Below are positions 43,728 through 54,145 of a stretch of DNA of 64,000 nucleotides, piece after piece; position 1 is the first letter of the stretch, and every line of letters starts with the position of its first letter. The position numbers were made by a program, and so were the translations under genes. Below the pieces are notes generated by a model. It had not been told where the DNA came from. It ran no database searches and saw only the letters and a list, made by a program, of their open reading frames with translations. Source of the stretch: a phage; the sequence record PZ091942.1. One strand, given 5' to 3'.

Positions 43728-45359
43728 TTACTGAATCATCCAATCAACATTAGAAGACAGAGCACCATTAAGTTTGGGATTAGTTGCTGCACCACCAACA
43801 GCTTCATCAGCTTCTGCATCAAAAGTCTTGTATGGGTCATAGAAACCACCAGAAGGGATACCACGGTTAACCACAGCAGTTGCACGCTTCTTATCCATGC
43901 CAGAACCAATATAAGCATCAATTGTAGCTTTCTTAGATTCCAGAACACCCTTATCAGCGGAAGAAGCACCAACTGTTGCCTGCTTACGAGCATAAGACAG
44001 AGCTGCATCAGAAGGACGATAACCAGCTTTGAGAGACCAAGTGTTACCAGTCTTAACAAAGATTGACGGGTCTTCTGCAAAGTGGGATAAGTCATCTGCT
44101 TGCAGAGAGCGGTTAGCACCAATTTCAGCCCTTGCGGAGTTCATGATAGCCTGCATGTAAGCGGTACGAGCAGATTGATAATCACCATCTTTAATGGCTT
44201 TGTCTGCCAAATCCAAGTCTTTGTGAGACTGTTTAAACAGAGCTGCTTTTTCTGCCCACTGTTTAGCAACAGAGCCTTCAGCAGTATTCTGAACGTTACG
44301 AAGCTCTTTCGTACTGAAGTTGAAGCTCTGAGCAGCTTGTTCTGCACGGTCTGCTTTAACCTGATCACGATAGCCAATAAGCTCTTTCTGTTTAGCAAAC
44401 TGTGCATCGGCACGTTCTTCAGCAGCACGACGAGTTTCAGCAGCACGTTCACGAACCGACTGGTCTTGAATCTGTTGACGTCTATCCCACTCTCGATTAG
44501 CACGAGCTTCATCCTGAGCAGCAAGAGCCATCTTCTCCTGAGGACTAATCTGACGCATCTTCAACATCGAAGGATCACCAGAAGCTATAGCAGCAGCTAC
44601 AGAATCTTGAGAGTAACCTTGTTCAATCAGGTTATCACGGTTCAACTCCAACTGTTGTTTAGCTTCATCCTGAGATGCCATACCAGAACCAATCTGGAAT
44701 GCTTCAATCGGAGACTTACCAGACATAATAGAAAGACCTACACCCATCAAACCAGTATAGAAACTAGAGTTCTGATAGAAAGGTTGTTTCTGCATAGTCT
44801 TCCAAGCTTCTGCTGGATTCTTAGATTGAGCAACTTTAAGAATATCTTGGTTAACTCTTTCTTGGTCAGCAGCACGAGTAGCACCACCCATACCTTCACC
44901 TTGAGGAACTCCAGAAGCGATAGTGTTCATTACACCTTGTGCCTGCTGTACTTGTTCAGGGGCAAACTCTTTATCTGACTCTTCAATCGGTTTAGCAGGA
45001 GCAGTAACCGGAAGAGGACTAGAAGCAGGAGCTGCATCAGGAGGAATCATAGAACCTTCATCACCCGGATTAATACCAGCATCAACACCAGCCAAACTAG
45101 CAGGAGCAGTGACACCTTGTTGTTCATACAGACGTTGCTTGAATCCTGGATTAACCATAGCTTGCTGGTCAGCCTGAGCTTGTTGTACTTGTTCTTCTAA
45201 ACTAGCCGGTACAGCAGGACGCTGATACATAGAAAGGTCAGCAGCTGGGCCAGCAGGTCTAGACATGTAAGGAGAGGCCGTAACCCCTCTCTGACGATCA
45301 CCATAAATCTGATTTCGCGGGTCTTGACTACGAAGATACGCGTAAGATGTTTGTTGCAT
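43728..45359 (-). CDS. virion protein (hypothetical, 543 aa)
   Basis: AGGAG RBS; Pro/Ala/Gln-rich N-terminus then helical charged region. Confidence 0.55.
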   Translation of the reverse strand: MQQTSYAYLRSQDPRNQIYGDRQRGVTASPYMSRPAGPAADLSMYQRPAVPASLEEQVQQAQADQQAMVNPGFKQRLYEQQGVTAPASLAGVDAGINPGDEGSMIPPDAAPASSPLPVTAPAKPIEESDKEFAPEQVQQAQGVMNTIASGVPQGEGMGGATRAADQERVNQDILKVAQSKNPAEAWKTMQKQPFYQNSSFYTGLMGVGLSIMSGKSPIEAFQIGSGMASQDEAKQQLELNRDNLIEQGYSQDSVAAAIASGDPSMLKMRQISPQEKMALAAQDEARANREWDRRQQIQDQSVRERAAETRRAAEERADAQFAKQKELIGYRDQVKADRAEQAAQSFNFSTKELRNVQNTAEGSVAKQWAEKAALFKQSHKDLDLADKAIKDGDYQSARTAYMQAIMNSARAEIGANRSLQADDLSHFAEDPSIFVKTGNTWSLKAGYRPSDAALSYARKQATVGASSADKGVLESKKATIDAYIGSGMDKKRATAVVNRGIPSGGFYDPYKTFDAEADEAVGGAATNPKLNGALSSNVDWMIQ

Positions 45360-45373
45360 AATTAATCTCCTAA

Positions 45374-46342
45374 TTAAGAACTAGCCAACCCACCGATAAC
45401 CCCACCTGCTAACGCACCCCAAGGTCCGAAGGAAGAGCCTGCTGCTGCGCCACTCATAGCACCACCTAAGAAACCACTCCCACCACCTGAAACTTTATTA
45501 GTAGTCGTTGTTCCTAGAGCACCATTAAGTACACCTGCTGCACCGAGTTGGTTGTTGATATCTTGCCAGCCCCAATTGGCTGCGTTCTGAGCATTGGTAT
45601 AAGCATTGTCCAAATCAGACTGTTGCTGTTGTTGCTGTTGCAAACCAGCTGCCCATTGATTCTGCATCTGCTGTTGAGAAAGTTGACCTGCCTGAGTACC
45701 AAGGTTAGACATAGTGTTACCGATACCAGAGAGACCACTTAGAGCAGAAGCCTGAGATTGTCTATTACCAGACAGGATACTCTGAGCCTGATTAACAGCA
45801 GAGTCATAAGCACTGTTAGTAATGTTGGTTGCTGTATTCTGCATCTGATTCAGAGCATCACCCTGAGCAAAAGATTTAGCCATACGTGCACCTGAACCTT
45901 GCTGACCAGCATATTGCTGAGCCAATTGAGGAAGAGCATTACGAGCCAAGTCTTGCTGAGTTTGTTCATTGTTTGCTGTAATAGCAGCCTGAACAGCATC
46001 GTCATCATAGAGCTGACCAGCCAGAGCACCAATCTGTTCTCCAGTGATTTGACCAGAGTTAGCCAAGTTATTATAACCAGCATTAGCTTGGTTGAGATAA
46101 CCTAAACCAGATTGAGCAGCATCCATATACTGAGAAGAGAGAGCACCTAGTGCCCCTGATTGAGAAAGGTTATTCAGAGCCTCAGTTTGGTTCTGATTAA
46201 AACCTACATTGTCTTTATAAACATAATCGCCTGAACTTGTGTTATTCACCTGATTGACTAGTTGGTCAATATAATTTTGAATATATTCAGGTCTTGTCAT
46301 TTTGGAAGTAGACGTGCTACCCCCTCCACCAAATAAACCCAT
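45374..46342 (-). CDS. Q/N/G-rich virion protein with Gly-rich hydrophobic C-terminus, paralog 1
   Basis: AAGGAGG RBS; low-complexity Q/N/A/S sequence; C-terminal GAMSGAAAGSSFGPWGALAGGVIGGLASS. Confidence 0.55.
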   Translation of the reverse strand: MGLFGGGGSTSTSKMTRPEYIQNYIDQLVNQVNNTSSGDYVYKDNVGFNQNQTEALNNLSQSGALGALSSQYMDAAQSGLGYLNQANAGYNNLANSGQITGEQIGALAGQLYDDDAVQAAITANNEQTQQDLARNALPQLAQQYAGQQGSGARMAKSFAQGDALNQMQNTATNITNSAYDSAVNQAQSILSGNRQSQASALSGLSGIGNTMSNLGTQAGQLSQQQMQNQWAAGLQQQQQQQSDLDNAYTNAQNAANWGWQDINNQLGAAGVLNGALGTTTTNKVSGGGSGFLGGAMSGAAAGSSFGPWGALAGGVIGGLASS

Positions 46343-46351
46343 AACTCCTCC

Positions 46352-47401
46352 TTAGTTCGCCCCGAAGGCTCCGAGAACACCACCTAAAATATTACTCCCA
46401 GCTGTAGACAACCAGTTACTCTGACCAGAAGAGTTGGAAAGGTTAGACCCACCAATCATAGGACCAGCCATACCAGATTGACCACCAGAAGCATTGTAGG
46501 AGTTCCAAGCATTCGTAGTTTGTTGACTAGGAGTGAATGCACCTAACCGACCTGCAATACCTAGACCAGTGACACCAGCTCCAAGAAGCTGTTGAGTTGT
46601 ATTAGGAGCGGCTCCTTTGTTAGTAATTGTGTAACCAGCCATAGGACTTACTGAGTTTAATACATTCAGTTGGTTGTTGAGTTGATTCCACCCATATTGT
46701 TGACTACCAATAGCGTTCTGCCAATTAAGGTCAGCTTGTGCTTGATCTTGCTGTTGCTGTAGATTGCCAGCAGTAAGTTGGTTCTGAATAGCCTGTTGAG
46801 CAGCTTGTGTACCTTGAGCACCAAGATTCAAATTCTGTCCAGCTAATCCAGTCTGAGCATTAAGCAACCCTTGTTGGAAAGAGTTATTAGACTGGAGCGC
46901 ATTAACACCCAAGTTCTTGCCAGAGATGCTACGAGACAGATTAGTATTAGCAGAGTTCAAAGCAGCACCTTGAGCAGAAGCACGACGGAGAGAACCTGAG
47001 TCAGAGCCATTACCGAGAGATACATTAGAAGCTGCTTTACCAGTTGACTGAGCAAGAGCTGAGTTATTAAGTCCAGAACTGAAGTTATTAACATCGTCAG
47101 CACTGATAGAGTTATTACCTAGGGCAGAGTATTTCTGAGCTAGAGTATTCATCTGATCTAAACCTTGCTGTGTACGAGGAGTGTACATACCACTCAACTG
47201 ATTCAAGGTAGAAGAGTTAGCTAGGTTAGAAAGAGCAGCTTGTTGGTTAGGATTGAGACCAGCCAGTTGCTGAGAGATGAAACCAGCATCATTGCTATTC
47301 ATATTCTGAGCATTAGCTACAATCTGTTTTAACAGAGCATCAACCTGAGAAGATGGAGCCACTGTAGTTTTAGTCTTAGAAGCAGACCCGAATAAAGACA
47401 T
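46352..47401 (-). CDS. Q/N/G-rich virion protein, paralog 2
   Basis: AAGGAGG RBS; same composition and C-terminal GGVLGAFGAN tail as 45374-46342. Confidence 0.55.
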   Translation of the reverse strand: MSLFGSASKTKTTVAPSSQVDALLKQIVANAQNMNSNDAGFISQQLAGLNPNQQAALSNLANSSTLNQLSGMYTPRTQQGLDQMNTLAQKYSALGNNSISADDVNNFSSGLNNSALAQSTGKAASNVSLGNGSDSGSLRRASAQGAALNSANTNLSRSISGKNLGVNALQSNNSFQQGLLNAQTGLAGQNLNLGAQGTQAAQQAIQNQLTAGNLQQQQDQAQADLNWQNAIGSQQYGWNQLNNQLNVLNSVSPMAGYTITNKGAAPNTTQQLLGAGVTGLGIAGRLGAFTPSQQTTNAWNSYNASGGQSGMAGPMIGGSNLSNSSGQSNWLSTAGSNILGGVLGAFGAN

Positions 47402-47413
47402 ACGTCCTCCTTA

Positions 47414-48208
47414 TTATTTAGTAACACCAACACTTGCCAGACGTCTAAGAACGGCTTGTGTCTGTGGGCTGTATTGAGAACCTGCTTGAGTTGGTGCATG
47501 TGCTCTTTGAACTGTTTGAGACTTAGGAGCCTTGCCTGCTAACATTGCAGCAGCAGCTAGTGCAGCATTACCAAAGTTCTGTTGTGGCTTCTGGTCTTCC
47601 CCAGCTTCTTCTACATCATCAGAATAGAACTCAGTAGGAGAACCACCAAGAGCACCTGTTTTAGCAGCAGCAATCTCAGCTTGAGTAGGAGCATTAGCAG
47701 CACCTTCCCTAGTAACCAATTCAGGAGAGAACTGATTCACTGGCTGTACTGACTGTAAAGCACCTATTGGGTTAGCAACCTGACCAGCAGCATCGTTAGC
47801 TGTATAGAAAGGAAGGAAGTTCTTATTGTTCATAGAGTCCAAAGCCTGAGGTGTGAATCCTTTCTTACCAGCGAACATTTGTTTTGCTCCACCCGTCCCT
47901 TCAGAATATCCCACCATAGCTTTCTTCACATCACCATTAAAAGCTTTCAAGTTATCTCGAATGTACCTAGCACCCATGTCAATGTTTTTGGCTGGGTCTA
48001 AACGATCTTCTAGTTTGTATCCATAGTCTTTAGCCAACCCTTTACTGATTTGCATTAAACCTACTGGCCCTGTACCTGATGCAACAGAAGGTCTACCACT
48101 AGACTCCCTCTGAATGACTGCATGGATAAGAGCAGCAGGAATGCCATACTTCTTAGAAGCTTGCTGGACCATAGGGTCAAGCTCAGACACTCCCATGCGA
48201 ATTGTCAT
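47414..48208 (-). CDS. lytic transglycosylase (SLT domain)
   Basis: AAGGAGG RBS before ATG 48208 (track start 48250 rejected); QRESSGRPSVASGTGPVGLMQI SLT motif. Confidence 0.8.
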   Translation of the reverse strand: MTIRMGVSELDPMVQQASKKYGIPAALIHAVIQRESSGRPSVASGTGPVGLMQISKGLAKDYGYKLEDRLDPAKNIDMGARYIRDNLKAFNGDVKKAMVGYSEGTGGAKQMFAGKKGFTPQALDSMNNKNFLPFYTANDAAGQVANPIGALQSVQPVNQFSPELVTREGAANAPTQAEIAAAKTGALGGSPTEFYSDDVEEAGEDQKPQQNFGNAALAAAAMLAGKAPKSQTVQRAHAPTQAGSQYSPQTQAVLRRLASVGVTK

Positions 48209-48221
48209 AAAATCCTCCTTA

Positions 48222-49253
48222 TTATAGACCCGCAAAAACTTTAGCCGCATTTATTACCGGAATTGATATGTTAATGGCAGAGTTAGAACCTAGGTCATAG
48301 TTGGTAGACCACTGGAACATATACCTACCATAGCCAGTACCTATAGAAGATCCTGTCATTACATGAGATCTCATTTGCTGATAGTACCAACCACTACCAC
48401 TACCCCGAATAGCACCTACACCAGAGGAGAGTGGTATCATTGGGTATGCCATACCAGTATCACCTCCAGCAGAACCTACAAAATTATCAACAGTAAAAGG
48501 TGTTCTATTAGTAGAGAACACACACTGAGTTGTTCCGGGAGAATAAATATTTAATCCACCATTGTGCTCAGGAACTCCTGCTCCATTACAGAATACTGCG
48601 ACCCTAGCAAATACAGAACCGCCTTCGTTAGAGTTTCCGTTATTATAAGATCTGTTCTGATATACACGGATCACTCTATCTCCAGATGTATAAGAAAGGC
48701 CAACCCCTCCGTCAGACCAGTTAGCAAAGACTACAGCATTAGGCATATAAAACCCACCAATGTCAGGAATCTGTAAAGCGCCGTTTATAGTCCCTTGCCA
48801 AGCCCAAATACACTGACCAACAACACCAGCATCAGAGATAGAGAAGTAATCAGCTGTATTAGAGAAGGTAATACCATAATTTCTGTCAGCTCTTGGGTAG
48901 ATTTGGTAAACGTTAAACCCACAATCAAACAGGGGGTTACTTCCGGGATTCTGGTTTAAGTTAACTCTGAAAGAGGAGTTATTCTCTACATAAATGTTAT
49001 TAACACAATAAACATCAGGAACCAAGTTAGGAGGAACTTCCCACTGCCAGCACAGAGATCCAGTAGGGACGATAATTATCTGACCGCTACCATCCCAACC
49101 ATTAATAGGGAAAGATCTCCCACCCCCATTAAAGTTGAAACTTCCACTAATAGAGTTCTTAATCTGAGGGAATGTACTCCCACTATCAATAAACAAAGGA
49201 GCCGGAGAGGCTGGCCCCGGTCCTACAGGTTGACACCATATTCCATATGCCAT
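48222..49253 (-). CDS. virion structural protein (hypothetical)
   Basis: 343-aa Gly/Asn/Ser-rich beta-type sequence within structural operon. Confidence 0.55.
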   Translation of the reverse strand: MAYGIWCQPVGPGPASPAPLFIDSGSTFPQIKNSISGSFNFNGGGRSFPINGWDGSGQIIIVPTGSLCWQWEVPPNLVPDVYCVNNIYVENNSSFRVNLNQNPGSNPLFDCGFNVYQIYPRADRNYGITFSNTADYFSISDAGVVGQCIWAWQGTINGALQIPDIGGFYMPNAVVFANWSDGGVGLSYTSGDRVIRVYQNRSYNNGNSNEGGSVFARVAVFCNGAGVPEHNGGLNIYSPGTTQCVFSTNRTPFTVDNFVGSAGGDTGMAYPMIPLSSGVGAIRGSGSGWYYQQMRSHVMTGSSIGTGYGRYMFQWSTNYDLGSNSAINISIPVINAAKVFAGL

Positions 49254-49254
49254 A

Positions 49255-50265
49255 TTACCAACTCCCTATTCTAATTCTCAAAGCACCACCACCATCGTAG
49301 AAATCAATCCTGTTACCATTCATCCACAGCTGTGCCCCACCTGTACCACCCATAACAAAATCCCCACCAACCGTAAGTCTCCAGTTAGAACCACTCATAG
49401 AGCCAGCAGTAATCTTGTTAGCAGTAAGGTTAGCAATCTGTCCATCTTGAATCCACACGTTATCAATCTGAGCAAATTGGATTCGAGCATTAGCAATCTG
49501 AGCAGTTGTAATGTTGACATTCTTGATATCAGCGAATTCCATTCTAGCTCTACCACCTTCAAAAACAAAAGGAGTGTTACCAGAGTTACCATCACCGACA
49601 ATAAACTTGTTAGCTGTTACTTGGAATTGACTATTCGTACCGTTGTTAGTAAGTTTAACTCCAGCATACTGACCGTTAACAGAAGAGTTGACACCCCATG
49701 TAGCTTCATAGCTGTCTAATCTCATGTATTGAGAAAGAGAGTTCTGTACGGTAGTAACCTTACCATCCACTTCAGCAATCTGAGTACCCTGAGCAGTAAG
49801 TTCTGTTTGAACTAAAGCAATCTCCTCTCCCTGTTCGTTCACAATCCCTTGTACTGTCTGAATCTTTAAGTCATTACCTTCAATAGAAGTTTTGAAACCT
49901 GCAACTGTACCATCCAATTTAGTAGGAGGATTAGTGCTTCTATCCCAAATATCTTCAGTGGATAGATTACCCATCTGTGTTTGGATATCAGCAATTGCTG
50001 TTTCAATCTCTGTAGTAATTCGGTTCTCAAGTTCATCGAATTGTAGATTCATTGCATGAAGAGCTTTAATACGAACATCTATCTCATCATGAATCTCGTC
50101 GATTGCTTGGAACATTTGATTGGTTGCTGTACTGACTTTCTGTAATTCGTCATAAACTGCAACGTTATATTTATCCGTATCCTCTACATTGTTTAGAAAC
50201 CCAACGTTGTAGGGAAGTGTGGTGTTGTTTCTTCCAGTATTCTTACGAAAACCTCCAGCACCCAT
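49255..50265 (-). CDS. tail-associated structural protein (hypothetical)
   Basis: ATG 50265 with GGAGG RBS (track start 50277 is TTG); coiled-coil N-terminal half, beta-rich C-terminal half. Confidence 0.5.
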   Translation of the reverse strand: MGAGGFRKNTGRNNTTLPYNVGFLNNVEDTDKYNVAVYDELQKVSTATNQMFQAIDEIHDEIDVRIKALHAMNLQFDELENRITTEIETAIADIQTQMGNLSTEDIWDRSTNPPTKLDGTVAGFKTSIEGNDLKIQTVQGIVNEQGEEIALVQTELTAQGTQIAEVDGKVTTVQNSLSQYMRLDSYEATWGVNSSVNGQYAGVKLTNNGTNSQFQVTANKFIVGDGNSGNTPFVFEGGRARMEFADIKNVNITTAQIANARIQFAQIDNVWIQDGQIANLTANKITAGSMSGSNWRLTVGGDFVMGGTGGAQLWMNGNRIDFYDGGGALRIRIGSW

Positions 50266-50280
50266 AAGTACCTCCAATTA

Positions 50281-50310
50281 TAAACAATAAAAGGGAGCCG
50301 AAGCTCCCTA
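50281..50310 (-). terminator. rho-independent terminator
   Basis: Minus strand AGGGAGC-UUCG-GCUCCCU then UUUAUUGUUUA. Confidence 0.55.
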
Positions 50311-50314
50311 TTTG

Positions 50315-53300
50315 TTATCTTCGACCGCCAACAGCAAACTCTATGGTTAGACCATTCATAGACGCATTACTGTTAACATCATTATCTATAACATTATAGA
50401 ATAGGTATGGATGGTTCAGTCTGACTGCTACGTGACGATCTACACCAACCCTATACTCTTTAGTAGAGTGATTATGCCCATACTCGTTAGAGAACTGACT
50501 ACCACCTGCTTCAAAAGTATAAGTCCCCGTTCCTGTTACTTGAGGTCTGAATCGGTTAATGTGTTTCTGATTCCATTCGTTAGTAATGTTATCAAAATCA
50601 ATCCCCGTTCTCTCTAGTCTCATTTCCAGAGGTTTCTCTATAACCACATCATTAGTTCTGTCATAGATGTAATCTAAAGCTCCTATATCAACTTGATAGA
50701 ATCCTTTCAAGAAAGAACCTATGATTGTAACTCGCTGACGGAAGTTAGTTGCATCTTTTCTCCACACCAGTTTGTCAATCGAAGGGTCATCCCAAGTGAT
50801 CTCTTGGAAGTCAGCCCAGATAGGACCACGTTCCAGAACCGGAGGATCAACAAGACCAATACAATAAGAATAAGGAATCGTACGGAAAGACCAAGTATCA
50901 AACTCGTAGTTCCATACAGCTGCCTTAGTACAAGCAAAGCTTTCTTTAGGTTCACCCGGACCTACATAAAGAACCCACACTTCTTTCTTGTCCTGATGAA
51001 GATGAACTCGTGTAGCAATTGGGTTCACTAAACAAATCTCATTAATGAGCATGTTCTTCACTCGGTTAGAAGCAATAGATTTCTTAGAAGCACCATTATG
51101 TAGAATGACGTCGTTCTGAGTTACTACAAAGTGACCACCCTCAACTTCCACCACACATTCAGGAGCAAGGATACCTGAATCGTTAAACAGCTTCTTAAAC
51201 ATCAAAGGCTGATAGGTGTTGTTAGTAGGAGAACCAATGTAGGTTTCAAACTCAGTATACACGAACAGGTAATCTTTCAGAGGAAGAACCTCTAACAAAC
51301 TACCGTTAGAGTCAGCCAAGTCAATATACCCTGCGTAACCATTCTCAAGAGCTTCTGTCTGTCCTACGATGTTAGCTGCTAGGTCAGAAGTTACTGCTCG
51401 GTCGTATGCATAATCATCCCAAAGCTCAGGAGCCTTGTTTTCCTCTGCAAAGTTAGACCAACGTAAACGAAGAGGATAATGAGTAGTAACACCAGAAGCG
51501 TTAGACTCTCTCATATTCAGAGCAAACAACCTATTATTAAAAGCCCTTACTCGTTCACACTTCCAGTTATACTTCTTAACAGAAGGGTTGCCATCTGCAT
51601 CAACAACTGTCTGTTCACCCCATCCCGGAAGATCAGTGAAGTATTCAGAATCGAATTCCTTAACCTGAGGAGTTTCGTAGTGAGTAGTTGCTACTGCACA
51701 GTTAGAAATGATTGCATGATACCAAGGGTAATCATCAAACGCATCGTAATCTTTCTGGACCATCTGGCTTACAGTACAAGTCACCTTAATCTCACCCTTA
51801 CGAATAGCAGTAAGTTTCAAAGTAGGGTTAGTTGTAGAGGTAGTAGAAACATAACCACTCTTATCAACCGTCCACTTGTAAGTGTAACTTCCAGTAGGAG
51901 ATGCTGTAGCTGTGATAACAATTTCTTCACCTACATCAAGAGAAGCATCAATAACATCAAGAGTAACTCCAGTGAGAGGAGGATCATTAGCAAGCATTGC
52001 TGCTCTACCAAATCCTTCCAAATCCATAACGTTGGAGTAGTCGTAGAAGTTATTCCCTTCTGACATCCCTGACGTATCAATACCAATTGTATCAGTGTCA
52101 AAATAAGTAACTTCTTCTGACTCAACAACCGGTTCTTCTACAGGAGCTTCTGTAGTGATAGCCATTGCTGACATAGCCCTACTTGCCAAACGAGAGGATA
52201 GGTCAACTCGAACAGTACAAACTGCTGAACGACTTCCCTCTGCTGTCACTGCTGTAATCTCCGTATAACCTGCAAGCAAACCAGTGATGGTAGCTTCTGT
52301 TCCTGTGCCAGATACTGTAGCAATATTTGGATTAGAAGAAGTCCAAGTGATTGCTTGGTTAGGAGCATTAGCTGGGCTAACAGTTGCTGTCAAGATATAC
52401 TGAGTACCACGACTCATTTGAACATCTGTCTGGCTTAATGAGATACTATCAATCTGAGGAATCGCTGTTACTACACAAGATGCAGTCTTTGTCCCATTGT
52501 CAGCGGTGATAGTTGCCTGTCCTTCTCCAAGAGCTGTAAGAACAACCGTCTTAGTGTTAGCATTAGGAGAAACCGAAATCAAAGATGGGTTAGAAGAAGT
52601 CCAAGTTACAGAAGGTTTACCTGTGATAGCCGTAAGAGTAGAAGTACCACCTTTACGCATAGTCAGTGTATCTTGACTCAGATAAATACCAGAATCACCA
52701 TCAATAATGTTAACTGCAATCTGAGCTGAGATGGATTCATCAGCTGTGCTCACTGTCACAACTAGGTTACCTTCAACTGCTTTAGAAGTTAGTGTAGCTT
52801 TCTTAGAATCAGTAGGATCAACCTCAATACTACCATAAGAAGAGTTACTCACTACCCAAACTAGGTTAGCATTCTGTGCATCTACTGGTTTAACTTCAAC
52901 TTCAAGAATCTTGGTCTGGTTAAAGTTCATGGATACAGAAGTCTCTTTAGGGGAAATGCTAGAGACCACTGGATAAATCTTAATTGTCGCTGATGCTTTC
53001 TTCGTAGCTGTAGCAACCTTACGGCTGATATCAGTTAAACTTTCATCGGTAAGTTTATACAGTTTCTTATCTGTACCTACCACAAGGAAGCTAGTACCTG
53101 CGCTATAATAATCGAAAGGCATTGAAAGGAACGAGAGAGGAGTCAGATCTTTATCTTCGTCTACATAAGAAAGAGGGGCATTGCCCCCCGTCTTAAAGAC
53201 TCTCTGCTCAACAAACCGAGCATTAATAGCGTTAGTGAAAGCATTTGGTGCTAAGTCAGTAGGTGCTTGGTCAGCGATAACCCCAACTGCGCCTAATGAT

Positions 53301-53320
53301 TTAATCGGATAGAGAGCCAT
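50315..53320 (-). CDS. large tail protein with Ig-like (Big_2-type) repeats
   Basis: AAGGAGG RBS; several tandem Ig-like segments (e.g. TLTAITGKPSVTWTSSNPSL..., TVSPANAPNQAITWTSSNPNIATV). Confidence 0.6.
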   Translation of the reverse strand: MALYPIKSLGAVGVIADQAPTDLAPNAFTNAINARFVEQRVFKTGGNAPLSYVDEDKDLTPLSFLSMPFDYYSAGTSFLVVGTDKKLYKLTDESLTDISRKVATATKKASATIKIYPVVSSISPKETSVSMNFNQTKILEVEVKPVDAQNANLVWVVSNSSYGSIEVDPTDSKKATLTSKAVEGNLVVTVSTADESISAQIAVNIIDGDSGIYLSQDTLTMRKGGTSTLTAITGKPSVTWTSSNPSLISVSPNANTKTVVLTALGEGQATITADNGTKTASCVVTAIPQIDSISLSQTDVQMSRGTQYILTATVSPANAPNQAITWTSSNPNIATVSGTGTEATITGLLAGYTEITAVTAEGSRSAVCTVRVDLSSRLASRAMSAMAITTEAPVEEPVVESEEVTYFDTDTIGIDTSGMSEGNNFYDYSNVMDLEGFGRAAMLANDPPLTGVTLDVIDASLDVGEEIVITATASPTGSYTYKWTVDKSGYVSTTSTTNPTLKLTAIRKGEIKVTCTVSQMVQKDYDAFDDYPWYHAIISNCAVATTHYETPQVKEFDSEYFTDLPGWGEQTVVDADGNPSVKKYNWKCERVRAFNNRLFALNMRESNASGVTTHYPLRLRWSNFAEENKAPELWDDYAYDRAVTSDLAANIVGQTEALENGYAGYIDLADSNGSLLEVLPLKDYLFVYTEFETYIGSPTNNTYQPLMFKKLFNDSGILAPECVVEVEGGHFVVTQNDVILHNGASKKSIASNRVKNMLINEICLVNPIATRVHLHQDKKEVWVLYVGPGEPKESFACTKAAVWNYEFDTWSFRTIPYSYCIGLVDPPVLERGPIWADFQEITWDDPSIDKLVWRKDATNFRQRVTIIGSFLKGFYQVDIGALDYIYDRTNDVVIEKPLEMRLERTGIDFDNITNEWNQKHINRFRPQVTGTGTYTFEAGGSQFSNEYGHNHSTKEYRVGVDRHVAVRLNHPYLFYNVIDNDVNSNASMNGLTIEFAVGGRR

Positions 53321-53329
53321 GCTACCTCC

Positions 53330-54133
53330 TTAGCTAATACGTCTCCAAATGTGTGCTGCTCGGAACGGTGGTAAAGTGTTAATAGGCTGACGAGAGATAT
53401 CATCATAACCAAAACTAACAGAACCTGAGATTGAGTGTGAGTGAGTGTTTGTGTCAGTTACTTGAGTATAACCACCACCCGGACTATACCAGTTAGGGCT
53501 GCTGTTATGACCACTAGCATCCCCTCGGCCCATCGTAATGTTATGTGCGTGAGAGTAGGAGCTAACTTGGAAACTAGAACCGTTGATTGTCGTCAGAGGT
53601 ATGTTATCAGCACGAACTGTATTGAACACACGACCACCTGTACCACCTGCTTGGAACTCAACACGTTGTGCGTTAGGAACAGAGCCATCAGGGTTAACAA
53701 CACCAGTACCCATGACAACACCAGTTACTTTAGCCCAAGAGCCGAAACCAAGAGAACTAGAATCACCGGGGTTGATATCTTCTTCAGTGATATAGTAAGC
53801 ACCAATACGATAAAGTTTATTCTGCATCCAATTCAACATGAAAGCTTCCATCTGACCTTTGGTTACAGCATCTTTATCACCAGTGCCCGGAGTCAGGTTT
53901 TTAATCATCAGATTACCAACATCCATAGCATCGCCAGTAAAGGTGATTTTCTCTGACAAAGCCTTGAAGGATTCAGAAGAAAGGTTCACTGGTTCAGTAA
54001 TGTTAGGGAATGTGTTAATCAAGACTTGCTTGATAAGGCGGAGTTGAGCCGCCCCTTCATAAATATAATCCCTGTCACGAGGGTACAGGGGGTTTAAATC
54101 GGTAGTAACTACCGCTGTAGTTTCAATAGCCAA
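53330..54133 (-). CDS. tail fiber-like protein with HxH motifs
   Basis: TTG start with GGAGG RBS; SYSHAHNIT and THSHSISGS HxH motifs like those in fiber tips. Confidence 0.5.
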   Translation of the reverse strand: MAIETTAVVTTDLNPLYPRDRDYIYEGAAQLRLIKQVLINTFPNITEPVNLSSESFKALSEKITFTGDAMDVGNLMIKNLTPGTGDKDAVTKGQMEAFMLNWMQNKLYRIGAYYITEEDINPGDSSSLGFGSWAKVTGVVMGTGVVNPDGSVPNAQRVEFQAGGTGGRVFNTVRADNIPLTTINGSSFQVSSYSHAHNITMGRGDASGHNSSPNWYSPGGGYTQVTDTNTHSHSISGSVSFGYDDISRQPINTLPPFRAAHIWRRIS

Positions 54134-54145
54134 AAGGCACCTCCA

